Assembly (NCBI GenBank): GCA_964057225.1
Contig: OZ059894.1
Location: 22,196,001-22,260,000 of the forward strand
Length of the DNA: 64,000 nt
Origin: Auanema rhodensis
Taxonomy: Eukaryota > Animalia > Nematoda
Reading direction: 5' to 3'
Shown: positions 42,301-56,700 of the stretch, in pieces
Layout: the number at the start of each line of letters is the position of its first letter
Position numbering within the stretch: the stretch's first letter is position 1
Made by a program: the position numbers and the translations under genes
Notes under the pieces: generated by a model
Databases searched by the model: none
The model's input: only the letters and a program-made list of their open reading frames with translations
Told to the model about the DNA's origin: nothing

Positions 42301-43875
42301 TCAAAATGTTTTTGGAAGCAATGTTGAGTGTACATGGAAACTCAACATACACTAATGCATCATTTTTCAAACGATCATAACTAATTTTTGTATTAAGCGT
42401 TTCTCAATGTAGTATAGTGCATTCGATGCGGATTTTTAAGCTGCGTCGATCTGTGTTATCCGATTTGCGCTAGCTTAAAAATGCACCGAGATATCAACTG
42501 ATATAAGTTCACACTTATATCCTCGATTTTCACCCTGAAGAATTAATTTTTTCGTTGAATAACATTGTCTATCGTCTTTGCCTTGAAAAATGGAATCTAA
42601 AAACATCTACTTTTTGCTAAATTATTTTGAAATTTTTCGAAAAAATTTTTGTCAAAATGTTTTTGGAAGCAATGTTGAGTGTACATGGAAACTCAACATA
42701 CACTAATGCATCATTTTTCAAACGATCATAACTAATTTTTGTATCAAGCGTTTCTTGATGTAGTATAGTGCATTCGATGCGGATTTTTAAGCTGCGTCGA
42801 TCTGTGTTATCAGATTTGCGCTAGCTTAAAAATGCACCGAGATATCAACTGATATAAGTTCACACTTATATCCTCGATTTTCACCCTGAAGAATTAATTT
42901 TTTCGTTGAATAACATTGTCCATCGTCTTTGCCTTAAAAAAAGGAATCTAAAAACATCTACTTTTTGCTAAATTATTTTGAAATTTTTCGAAAAAATTTT
43001 TGTCAAAATGTTTTTGGAAGCAATGTTGAGTGTACATGGAAACTCAACATACACTAATGCATCATTTTTCAAACGATCATAACTAATTTTTTTATCAAGC
43101 GTTTCTCAATGCAGTATAGTGCATTCGATGCGGATTTTTAAGCTGCGTCGATCTGTGTTATCAAATTTGCGCTAGCTTAAAAATGCACCGAGATATCAAC
43201 TGATATAAGTTCACACTTATATCCTCGATTTTCACCCTGAAGAATTAATTTTTTCGTTGAATAACATTGTCCATCGTCTTTGCCTTAAAAACAGGAATCT
43301 AAAAACATCTACTTTTTGCTAAATTTTTTTGAAATTTTTCGAAAAAATTTTTGTCAAAATGTTTTTGGAAGCAATGTTGAGTGTACATGGAAACTCAACA
43401 TACACTAATGCATCATTTTTCAAACGATCATAACTAATTTTTGTATCAAGCGTTTCTTGATGTAGTATAGTGCATTCGATGCGGATTTTTAAGCTGCGTC
43501 GATCTGTGTTATCAGATTTGCGCTAGCTTAAAAATGCACCGAGATATCAACTGATATAAGTTCACACTTATATCCTCGATTTTCACCCTGAAGAATTAAT
43601 TTTTTCGTTGAATAACATTGTCCATCGTCTTTGCCTTAAAAAAAGGAATCTAAAAACATCTACTTTTTGCTGAATTATTTTGAAATTTTTCGAAAAAATT
43701 TTTGTCAAAATGTTTTTGGAAGCAATGTTGAGTGTACATGGAAACTCAACATACACTAATGCATCATTTTTCAAACGATCATAACTAATTTTTGTATCAA
43801 ACGTTTCTCAATGTAGTATAGTGCATTCGATGCGGATTTTTAAGCTGCGTCGATCTGTGTTATCAAATTTGCGCT

Positions 43876-46800
43876 AGCTTAAAAATGCACCGAGATATCA
43901 ACTGATATAAGTTCACACTTATATCCTCGATTTTCACCCTGAAGAATTAATTTTTTCGTTGAATAACATTGTCCATCGTCTTTGCCTTAAAAACAGGAAT
44001 CTAAAAACATCTACTTTTCGCTAAATTATTTTGAAATTTTTCGAAAAAATTTTTGTCAAAATGTTTTTGGAATCAATGTTGAGTGTACATGGAAACTCAA
44101 CATACACTAATGCATCATTTTTCAAACGATCATAACTAATTTTTGTATTAAGCGTTTCTCAATGTAGTATAGTGCATTCGATGCGGATTTTTAAGCTGCG
44201 TCGATCTGTGTTATCAGATTTGCGCTAGCTTAAAAATGCACCGAGATATCAACTGATGTAAGTTCACACTTATATCCTCGATTTTCACCCTGAAGAATTA
44301 ATTTTTTCGTTGAATAACATTGTCCATCGTCTTTGCCTTGAAAAAAGGAATCTAAAAACATCTACTTTTTGCTAAATTATTTTGAAATTTTTCGAAAAAA
44401 TTTTTGTCAAAATGTTTTTGGAAGCAATGTTGAGTGTACATGGAAACTCAACATACACTAATGCATCATTTTTCAAACGATCATAACTAATTTTTGTATC
44501 AAACGTTTCTCAATGTAGTATAGTGCATTCGATGCGGATTTTTAAGCTGCGTCGATCTGTGTTATCAGATTTGCGCTAGCTTAAAAATGCACCGAGATAT
44601 CAACTGATATAAGTTCACACTTATATCCTCGATTTTCACCCTGAAGAATTAATTTTTTCGTTGAATAACATTGTCCATCGTCTTTGCCTTGAAAAAAGGA
44701 ATCTAAAAACATCTACTTTTTGCTGAATTATTTTGAAATTTTTCGAAAAAATTTTTGTCAAAATGTTTTTGGAAGCAATGTTGAGTGTACATGGAAACTC
44801 AACATACACTAATGCATCATTTTTCAAACGATCATAACTAATTTTTGTATCAAACGTTTCTCAATGTAGTATAGTGCATTCGATGCGGATTTTTAAGCTG
44901 CGTCGATCTGTGTTATCAGATTTGCGCTAGCTTAAAAATGTACCGAGATATCAACTGATATAAGTTCACACTTATATCCTCGATTTTCACCCTGAAGAAT
45001 TAATTTTTTCGTTGAATAACATTGTCCATCGTCTTTGCCTTGAAAAAAGGAATCTAAAAACATCTACTTTTTGCTGAATTATTTTGAAATTTTTCGAAAA
45101 AATTTTTGTCAAAATGTTTTTGGAAGCAATGTTGAGTGTACATGGAAACTCAACATACACTAATGCATCATTTTTCAAACGATCATAACTAATTTTTGTA
45201 TTAAGCGTTTCTCAATGTAGTATAGTGCATTCGATGCGGATTTTTAAGCTGCGTCGATCTGTGTTATCAGATTTGCGCTAGCTTAAAAATGCACCGAGAT
45301 ATCAACTGATATAAGTTTACACTTATATCCTCGATTTTCACCCTGAAGAATTAATTTTTTCGTTGAATAACATTGTCCATCGTCTTTGCCTTGAAAAATG
45401 GAATCTAAAAACATCTACTTTTTGCTAAATTATTTTGAAATTTTTCGAAAAAATTTTTGTCAAAATGTTTTTGGAAGCAATGTTGAGTGTACATGGAAAC
45501 TCAACACACACTAATGCATCATTTTTCAAACGATCATAACTAATTTGTGTATTAAGCGTTTCTCAATGTAGTATAGTGCATTCGATGCGGATTTTTAAGC
45601 TGCGTCGATCTGTGTTATCAGATTTGCGCTAGCTCAAAAATGCACCGAGATATCAACTGATATAAGTTCACACTTATATCCTCGATTTTCACCCTGAAGA
45701 ATTAATTTTTTCGTTGAATAACATTGTCCATCGTCTTTGCCTTAAAAACAGGAATCTAAAAACATCTACTTTTCGCTAAATTATTTTGAAATTTTTCGAA
45801 AAAATTTTTGTCAAAATGTTTTTGGAATCAATGTTGAGTGTACATGGAAACTCAACATACACTAATGCATCATTTTTCAAACGATCATAACTAATTTTTG
45901 TATTAAGCGTTTCTCAATGTAGTATAGTGCATTCGATGCGGATTTTTAAGCTGCGTCGATCTGTGTTATCAGATTTGCGCTAGCTTAAAAATGCACCGAG
46001 ATATCAACTGATGTAAGTTCACACTTATATCCTCGATTTTCACCCTGAAGAATTAATTTTTTCGTTGAATAACATTGTCCATCGTCTTTGCCTTGAAAAA
46101 AGGAATCTAAAAACATCTACTTTTTGCTAAATTATTTTGAAATTTTTCGAAAAAATTTTTGTCAAAATGTTTTTGGAAGCAATGTTGAGTGTACATGGAA
46201 ACTCAACATACACTAATGCATCATTTTTCAAACGATCATAACTAATTTTTGTATCAAACGTTTCTCAATGTAGTATAGTGCATTCGATGCGGATTTTTAA
46301 GCTGCGTCGATCTGTGTTATCAGATTTGCGCTAGCTTAAAAATGCACCGAGATATCAACTGATATAAGTTCACACTTATATCCTCGATTTTCACCCTGAA
46401 GAATTAATTTTTTCGTTGAATAACATTGTCCATCGTCTTTGCCTTGAAAAAAGGAATCTAAAAACATCTACTTTTTGCTGAATTATTTTGAAATTTTTCG
46501 AAAAAATTTTTGTCAAAATGTTTTTGGAAGCAATGTTGAGTGTACATGGAAACTCAACATACACTAATGCATCATTTTTCAAACGATCATAACTAATTTT
46601 TGTATCAAACGTTTCTCAATGTAGTATAGTGCATTCGATGCGGATTTTTAAGCTGCGTCGATCTGTGTTATCAGATTTGCGCTAGCTTAAAAATGTACCG
46701 AGATATCAACTGATATAAGTTCACACTTATATCCTCGATTTTCACCCTGAAGAATTAATTTTTTCGTTGAATAACATTGTCCATCGTCTTTGCCTTGAAA

Positions 46801-47385
46801 AAAGGAATCTAAAAACATCTACTTTTTGCTGAATTATTTTGAAATTTTTCGAAAAAATTTTTGTCAAAATGTTTTTGGAAGCAATGTTGAGTGTACATGG
46901 AAACTCAACATACACTAATGCATCATTTTTCAAACGATCATAACTAATTTTTGTATTAAGCGTTTCTCAATGTAGTATAGTGCATTCGATGCGGATTTTT
47001 AAGCTGCGTCGATCTGTGTTATCAGATTTGCGCTAGCTTAAAAATGCACCGAGATATCAACTGATATAAGTTTACACTTATATCCTCGATTTTCACCCTG
47101 AAGAATTAATTTTTTCGTTGAATAACATTGTCCATCGTCTTTGCCTTGAAAAATGGAATCTAAAAACATCTACTTTTTGCTAAATTATTTTGAAATTTTT
47201 CGAAAAAATTTTTGTCAAAATGTTTTTGGAAGCAATGTTGAGTGTACATGGAAACTCAACACACACTAATGCATCATTTTTCAAACGATCACAACTAATT
47301 TGTGTATTAAGCGTTTCTCAATGTAGTATAGTGCATTCGATGCGGATTTTTAAGCTGCGTCGATCTGTGTTATCAGATTTGCGCT
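43876..47385. repeat. 5-monomer (1755-bp) tandem duplication
   Basis: The ordered rare alleles TTTTCGC+GAATCAAT, GATGTA, TGTACC and TTTACAC+AACACAC+TTGTGT+GCTCA occur twice, 1755 bp apart. Confidence 0.88.
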
Positions 47386-48788
47386 AGCTCAAAAATGCAC
47401 CGAGATATCAACTGATATAAGTTCACACTTATATCCTCGATTTTCACCCTGAAGAATTAATTTTTTCGTTGAATAACATTGTCCATCGTCTTTGCCTTGG
47501 AAAAAGGAATCTAAAAACATCTACTTTTTGCTGAATTATTCTGAAATTTTTCGAAAAAATTTTTGTCAAAATGTTTTTGGAAGCAATGTTGAGTGTACAT
47601 GGAAACTCAACATACACTAATGCATCATTTTTCAAACGATCATAACTAATTTTTGTATTAAGCGTTTCTCAATGTAGTATAGTGCATTCGATGCGGATTT
47701 TTAAGCTGCGTCGATCTGTGTTATCCGATTTGCGCTAGCTTAAAAATGCACCGAGATATCAACTGATATACGTTCACACTTATATCCTCGATTTTCACCC
47801 TGAAGAATTAATTTTTTCGTTGAATAACATTGTCTATCGTCTTTGCCTTGAAAAATGGAATCTAAAAACATCTACTTTTTGCTAAATTATTTTGAAATTT
47901 TTCGAAAAAATTTTTGTCAAAATGTTTTTGGAAGCAATGTTGAGTGTACATGGAAACTCAACATACACTAATGCATCATTTTTCAAACGATCATAACTAA
48001 TTTTTGTATCAAGCGTTTCTTGATGTAGTATAGTGCATTCGATGCGGATTTTTAAGCTGCGTCGATCTGTGTTATCAGATTTGCGCTAGCTTAAAAATGC
48101 ACCGAGATATCAACTGATATAAGTTCACACTTATATCCTCGATTTTCACCCTGAAGAATTAATTTTTTCGTTGAATAACATTGTCCATCGTCTTTGCCTT
48201 AAAAAAAGGAATCTAAAAACATCTACTTTTTGCTAAATTATTTTGAAATTTTTCGAAAAAATTTTTGTCAAAATGTTTTTGGAAGCAATGTTGAGTGTAC
48301 ATGGAAACTCAACATACACTAATGCATCATTTTTCAAACGAACATAACTAATTTTTTATCAAGCGTTTCTCAATGTAGTATAGTGCATTCGATGCGGATT
48401 TTTAAGCTGCGTCGATCTGTGTTATCAAATTTGCGCTAGCTTAAAAATGCACCGAGATATCAACTGATATAAGTTCACACTTATATCCTCGATTTTCACC
48501 CTGAAGAATTAATTTTTTCGTTGAATAACATTGTCCATCGTCTTTGCCTTAAAAACAGGAATCTAAAAACATCTACTTTTTGCTAAATTATTTTGAAATT
48601 TTTCGAAAAAATTTTTGTCAAAATGTTTTTGGAAGCAATGTTGAGTGTACATGGAAACTCAACATACACTAATGCATCATTTTTCAAACGATCATAACTA
48701 ATTTTTGTATCAAGCGTTTCTCAATGTAGTATAGTGCATTCGATGCGGATTTTTAAGCTGCGTCGATCTGTGTTATCAGATTTGCGCT

Positions 48789-51700
48789 AGCTTAAAAATG
48801 CACCGAGATATCAACTGATATAAGTTCACACTTATATCCTCGATTTTCACCCTGAAGAATTAATTTTTTCGTTGAATAACATTGTCCATCGTCTTTGCCT
48901 TAAAAAAAGGAATCTAAAAACATCTACTTTTTGCTGAATTATTTTGAAATTTTTCGAAAAAATTTTTGTCAAAATGTTTTTGGAAGCAATGTTGAGTGTA
49001 CATGGAAACTCAACATACACTAATGCATCATTTTTCAAACGATCATAACTAATTTTTGTATCAAACGTTTCTCAATGTAGTATAGTGCATTCGATGCGGA
49101 TTTTTAAGCTGCGTCGATCTGTGTTATCAGATTTGCGCTAGCTTAAAAATGCACCGAGATATCAACTGATATAAGTTTACACTTATATCCTCGATTTTCA
49201 CCCTGAAGAATTAATTTTTTCGTTGAATAACATTGTCCATCGTCTTTGGCTTGAAAAATGGAATCTAAAAACATCTACTTTTTGCTAAATTATTTTGAAA
49301 TTTTTCGAAAAAATTTTTGTCAAAATGTTTTTGGAAGCAATGTTGAGTGTACATGGAAACTCAACATACACTAATGCATCATTTTTCAAACGATCATAAC
49401 TAATTTTTGTATCAAACGTTTCTCAATGTAGTATAGTGCATTCGATGCGGATTTTTAAGCTGCGTCGATCTGTGTTATCAGATTTGCGCTAGCTTAAAAA
49501 TGCACCGAGATATCAACTGATATAAGTTCACACTTATATCCTCGATTTTCACCCTGAAGAATTAATTTTTTCGTTGAATAACATTGTCCATCGTCTTTGC
49601 CTTGGAAAAAGGAATCTAAAAACATCTACTTTTTGCTGAATTATTCTGAAATTTTTCGAAAAAATTTTTGTCAAAATGTTTTTGGAAGCAATGTTGAGTG
49701 TACATGGAAACTCAACATACACTAATGCATCATTTTTCAAACGATCATAACTAATTTTTGTATTAAGCGTATCTCAATGTAGTATAGTGCATTCGATGCG
49801 GATTTTTAAGCTGCGTCGATCTGTGTTATCAGATTTGCGCTAGCTTAAAAATGCACCGAGATATCAACTGATATAAGTTCACACTTATATCCTCGATTTT
49901 CACCCTAAAGAATTAATTTTTTCGTTGAATAACATTGTCCATCGTCTTTGCCTTGGAAAAAGGAATCTAAAAACATCTACTTTTTGCTGAATTATTTTGA
50001 AATTTTTCGAAAAAATTTTTGTCAAAATGTTTTTGGAAGCAATGTTGAGTGTACATGGAAACTCAACATACACTAATGCATCATTTTTCAAACGATCATA
50101 ACTAATTTTTGTATCAAACGTTTCTTGATGTAGTATAGTGCATTCGATGCGGATTTTTAAGCTGCGTCGATCTGTGTTATCAGATTTGCGCTAGCTTAAA
50201 AATGCACCGAGATATCAACTGATATAAGTTCACACTTATATCCTCGATTTTCACCCTGAAGAATCAATATTTTCGTTGAATAACATTGTCCATCGTCTTT
50301 GCCTTGGAAAAAGGAATCTAAAAACATCTACTTTTTGCTGAATTATTCTGAAATTTTTCGAAAAAATTTTTGTCAAAATGTTTTTGGAAGCAATGTTGAG
50401 TGTACATGGAAACTCAACATACACTAATGCATCATTTTTCAAACGATCATAACTAATTTTTGTATTAAGCGTATCTCAATGTAGTATAGTGCATTCGATG
50501 CGGATTTTTAAGCTGCGTCGATCTGTGTTATCAGATTTGCGCTAGCTTAAAAATGCACCGAGATATCAACTGATATAAGTTCACACTTATATCCTCGATT
50601 TTCACCCTGAAGAATTAATTTTTTCGTTGAATAACATTGTCCATCGTCTTTGCCTTGGAAAAAGGAATCTAAAAACATCTACTTTTTGCTGAATTATTCT
50701 GAAATTTTTCGAAAAAATTTTTGTCAAAATGTTTTTGGAAGCAATGTTGAGTGTACAGGGAAACTCAACATACACTAATGCATCATTTTTCAAACGATCA
50801 TAACTAATTTTTGTATTAAGCGTATCTCAATGTAGTATAGTGCATTCGATGCGGATTTTTAAGCTGCGTCGATCTGTGTTATCAGATTTGCGCTAGCTTA
50901 AAAATGCACCGAGATATCAACTGATATAAGTTCACACTTATATCCTCGATTTTCACCCTAAAGAATTAATTTTTTCGTTGAATAACATTGTCCATCGTCT
51001 TTGCCTTGGAAAAAGGAATCTAAAAACATCTACTTTTTGCTGAATTGTTCTGAAATTTTTCGAAAAAATTTTTGTCAAAATGTTTTTGGAAGCAATGTTG
51101 AGTGTACATGGAAACTCAACATACACTAATGCATCATTTTTCAAACGATCATAACTAATTTTTGTATCAAGCGTTTCTTGATGTAGTATAGTGCATTCGA
51201 TGCGGATTTTTAAGCTGCGTCGATCTGTGTTATCAGATTTGCGCTAGCTTAAAAATGCACCGAGATATCAACTGATATAAGTTCACACTTATATCCTCGA
51301 TTTTCACCCTGAAGAATTAATTTTTTCGTTGAATAACATTGTCCATCGTCTTTGCCTTAAAAAAAGGAATCTAAAAACATCTACTTTTTGCTGAATTATT
51401 TTGAAATTTTTCGAAAAAATTTTTGTCAAAATGTTTTTGGAAGCAATGTTGAGTGTACATGGAAACTCAACATACACTAATGCATCATTTTTCAAACGAT
51501 CATAACTAATTTTTGTATCAAACGTTTCTCAATGTAGTATAGTGCATTCGATGCGGATTTTTAAGCTGCGTCGATCTGTGTTATCAGATTTGCGCTAGCT
51601 TAAAAATGCACCGAGATATCAACTGATATAAGTTTACACTTATATCCTCGATTTTCACCCTGAAGAATTAATTTTTTCGTTGAATAACATTGTCCATCGT

Positions 51701-53702
51701 CTTTGGCTTGAAAAATGGAATCTAAAAACATCTACTTTTTGCTAAATTATTTTGAAATTTTTCGAAAAAATTTTTGTCAAAATGTTTTTGGAAGCAATGT
51801 TGAGTGTACATGGAAACTCAACATACACTAATGCATCATTTTTCAAACGATCATAACTAATTTTTGTATCAAACGTTTCTCAATGTAGTATAGTGCATTC
51901 GATGCGGATTTTTAAGCTGCGTCGATCTGTGTTATCAGATTTGCGCTAGCTTAAAAATGCACCGAGATATCAACTGATATAAGTTCACACTTATATCCTC
52001 GATTTTCACCCTGAAGAATTAATTTTTTCGTTGAATAACATTGTCCATCGTCTTTGCCTTGGAAAAAGGAATCTAAAAACATCTACTTTTTGCTGAATTA
52101 TTCTGAAATTTTTCGAAAAAATTTTTGTCAAAATGTTTTTGGAAGCAATGTTGAGTGTACATGGAAACTCAACATACACTAATGCATCATTTTTCAAACG
52201 ATCATAACTAATTTTTGTATTAAGCGTATCTCAATGTAGTATAGTGCATTCGATGCGGATTTTTAAGCTGCGTCGATCTGTGTTATCAGATTTGCGCTAG
52301 CTTAAAAATGCACCGAGATATCAACTGATATAAGTTCACACTTATATCCTCGATTTTCACCCTAAAGAATTAATTTTTTCGTTGAATAACATTGTCCATC
52401 GTCTTTGCCTTGGAAAAAGGAATCTAAAAACATCTACTTTTTGCTGAATTATTTTGAAATTTTTCGAAAAAATTTTTGTCAAAATGTTTTTGGAAGCAAT
52501 GTTGAGTGTACATGGAAACTCAACATACACTAATGCATCATTTTTCAAACGATCATAACTAATTTTTGTATCAAACGTTTCTTGATGTAGTATAGTGCAT
52601 TCGATGCGGATTTTTAAGCTGCGTCGATCTGTGTTATCAGATTTGCGCTAGCTTAAAAATGCACCGAGATATCAACTGATATAAGTTCACAATTATATCC
52701 TCGATTTTCACCCTGAAGAATTAATATTTTCGTTGAATAACATTGTCCATCGTCTTTGCCTTGGAAAAAGGAATCTAAAAACATCTACTTTTTGCTGAAT
52801 TATTCTGAAATTTTTCGAAAAAATTTTTGTCAAAATGTTTTTGGAAGCAATGTTGAGTGTACATGGAAACTCAACATACACTAATGCATCATTTTTCAAA
52901 CGATCATAACTAATTTTTGTATTAAGCGTATCTCAATGTAGTATAGTGCATTCGATGCGGATTTTTAAGCTGCGTCGATCTGTGTTATCAGATTTGCGCT
53001 AGCTTAAAAATGCACCGAGATATCAACTGATATAAGTTCACACTTATATCCTCGATTTTCACCCTGAAGAATTAATTTTTTCGTTGAATAACATTGTCCA
53101 TCGTCTTTGCCTTGGAAAAAGGAATCTAAAAACATCTACTTTTTGCTGAATTATTCTGAAATTTTTCGAAAAAATTTTTGTCAAAATGTTTTTGGAAGCA
53201 ATGTTGAGTGTACAGGGAAACTCAACATACACTAATGCATCATTTTTCAAACGATCATAACTAATTTTTGTATTAAGCGTATCTCAATGTAGTATAGTGC
53301 ATTCGATGCGGATTTTTAAGCTGCGTCGATCTGTGTTATCAGATTTGCGCTAGCTTAAAAATGCACCGAGATATCAACTGATATAAGTTCACACTTATAT
53401 CCTCGATTTTCACCCTAAAGAATTAATTTTTTCGTTGAATAACATTGTCCATCGTCTTTGCCTTGGAAAAAGGAATCTAAAAACATCTACTTTTTGCTGA
53501 ATTGTTCTGAAATTTTTCGAAAAAATTTTTGTCAAAATGTTTTTGGAAGCAATGTTGAGTGTACATGGAAACTCAACATACACTAATGCATCATTTTTCA
53601 AACGATCATAACTAATTTTTGTATCAAGCGTTTCTTGATGTAGTATAGTGCATTCGATGCGGATTTTTAAGCTGCGTCGATCTGTGTTATCAGATTTGCG
53701 CT
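48789..53702. repeat. 7-monomer (2457-bp) tandem duplication
   Basis: Private alleles TTTGGCTTG, CCCTAAAG, AATATTTT, ACAGGG, ATTGTTC and GCGTATC repeat at +2457. Confidence 0.9.
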
Positions 53703-56700
53703 AGCTTAAAAATGCACCGAGATATCAACTGATATAAGTTCACACTTATATCCTCGATTTTCACCCTGAAGAATTAATTTTTTCGTTGAATAACATTGTC
53801 CATCGTCTTTGCCTTAAAAAAAGGAATCTAAAAACATCTACTTTTTGCTGAATTATTTTGAAATTTTTCGAAAAAATTTTTGTCAAAATGTTTTTGGAAG
53901 CAATGTTGAGTTTACATGGAAACTCAACATACACTAATGCATCATTTTTCAAACGATCATAACTAATTTTTGTATCAAACGTTTCTCAATGTAGTATAGT
54001 GCATTCGATGCGGATTTTTAAGCTGCGTCGATCTGTGTTATCAGATTTGCGCTAGCTTAAAAATGCACCGAGATATCAACTGATATAAGTTCACACTTAT
54101 ATCCTCGATTTTCACCCTGAAGAATTAATTTTTTCGTTGAATAACATTGTCCATCGTCTTTGCCTTAAAAAAAGGAATCTAAAAACATCTACTTTTTGCT
54201 GAATTATTTTGAAATTTTTCGAAAAAATTTTTGTCAAAATGTTTTTGGAAGCAATGTTGAGTGTACATGGAAACTCAACATACACTAATGCATCATTTTT
54301 CAAACGATCATAACTAATTTTTGTATCAAATGTTTCTCAATGTAGTATAGTGCATTCGATGCGGATTTTTAAGCTGCGTCGATCTGTGTTATCAGATTTG
54401 CGCTAGCTTAAAAATGCACCGAGATATCAACTGATATAAGTTCACACTTATATCCTCGATTTTCACCCTGAAGAATTAATTTTTTCGTTGAATAACATTG
54501 TCCATCGTCTTTGCCTTAAAAAAAGGAATCTAAAAACATCTACTTTTTGCTGAATTATTTTGAAATTTTTCGAAAAAATTTTTGTCAAAATGTTTTTGGA
54601 AGCAATGTTGAGTGTACATGGAAACTCAACATACACTAATGCATCATTTTTCAAACGATCATAACTAATTTTTGTATCAAACGTTTCTCAATGTAGTATA
54701 GTGCATTCGATGCGGATTTTTAAGCTGCGTCGATCTGTGTTATCAGATTTGCGCTAGCTTAAAAATGTACCGAGATATCAACTGATATAAGTTCACACTT
54801 ATATCCTCGATTTTCACCCTGAAGAATTAATTTTTTCGTTGAATAACATTGTCCATCGTCTTTGCCTTGGAAAAAGGAATCTAAAAACATCTACTTTTTG
54901 CTGAATTATTCTGAAATTTTTCGAAAAAATTTTTGTCAAAATGTTTTTGGAAGCAATGTTGAGTGTACATGGAAACTCAACATACACTAATGCATCATTT
55001 TTCAAACGATCATAACTAATTTTTGTATCAAGCGTTTCTTGATGTAGTATAGTGCATTCGATGCGGATTTTTAAGCTGCGTCGATCTGTGTTATCAGATT
55101 TGCGCTAGCTTAAAAATGCACCGAGATATCAACTGATATAAGTTCACACTTATATCCTCGATTTTCACCCTGAAGAATTAATTTTTTCGTTGAATAACAT
55201 TGTCCATCGTCTTTGCCTTGGAAAAAGGAATCTAAAAACATCTACTTTTTGCTGAATTATTCTGAAATTTTTCGAAAAAATTTTTGTCAAAATGTTTTTG
55301 GAAGCAATGTTGAGTGTACATGGAAACTCAACATACACTAATGCATCATTTTTCAAACGATCATAACTAATTTTTGTATTAAGCGTATCTCAATGTAGTA
55401 TAGTGCATTCGATGCGGATTTTTAAGCTGCGTCGATCTGTGTTATCAGATTTGCGCTAGCTTAAAAATGCACCGAGATATCAACTGATATAAGTTCACAC
55501 TTATATCCTCGATTTTCACCCTAAAGAATTAATTTTTTCGTTGAATAACATTGTCCATCGTCTTTGCCTTGGAAAAAGGAATCTAAAAACATCTACTTTT
55601 TGCTGAATTATTTTGAAATTTTTCGAAAAAATTTTTGTCAAAATGTTTTTGGAAGCAATGTTGAGTGTACATGGAAACTCAACATACACTAATGCATCAT
55701 TTTTCAAACGATCATAACTAATTTTTGTATCAAACGTTTCTTGATGTAGTATAGTGCATTCGATGCGGATTTTTAAGCTGCGTCGATCTGTGTTATCAGA
55801 TTTGCGCTAGCTTAAAAATGCACCGAGATATCAACTGATATAAGTTCACAATTATATCCTCGATTTTCACCCTGAAGAATTAATATTTTCGTTGAATAAC
55901 ATTGTCCATCGTCTTTGCCTTGGAAAAAGGAATCTAAAAACATCTACTTTTTGCTGAATTATTCTGAAATTTTTCGAAAAAATTTTTGTCAAAATGTTTT
56001 TGGAAGCAATGTTGAGTGTACATGGAAACTCAACATACACTAATGCATCATTTTTCAAACGATCATAACTAATTTTTGTATTAAGCGTATCTCAATGTAG
56101 TATAGTGCATTCGATGCGGATTTTTAAGCTGCGTCGATCTGTGTTATCAGATTTGCGCTAGCTTAAAAATGCACCGAGATATCAACTGATATAAGTTCAC
56201 ACTTATATCCTCGATTTTCACCCTGAAGAATTAATTTTTTCGTTGAATAACATTGTCCATCGTCTTTGCCTTGGAAAAAGGAATCTAAAAACATCTACTT
56301 TTTGCTGAATTATTCTGAAATTTTTCGAAAAAATTTTTGTCAAAATGTTTTTGGAAGCAATGTTGAGTGTACAGGGAAACTCAACATACACTAATGCATC
56401 ATTTTTCAAACGATCATAACTAATTTTTGTATTAAGCGTATCTCAATGTAGTATAGTGCATTCGATGCGGATTTTTAAGCTGCGTCGATCTGTGTTATCA
56501 GATTTGCGCTAGCTTAAAAATGCACCGAGATATCAACTGATATAAGTTCACACTTATATCCTCGATTTTCACCCTAAAGAATTAATTTTTTCGTTGAATA
56601 ACATTGTCCATCGTCTTTGCCTTGGAAAAAGGAATCTAAAAACATCTACTTTTTGCTGAATTGTTCTGAAATTTTTCGAAAAAATTTTTGTCAAAATGTT

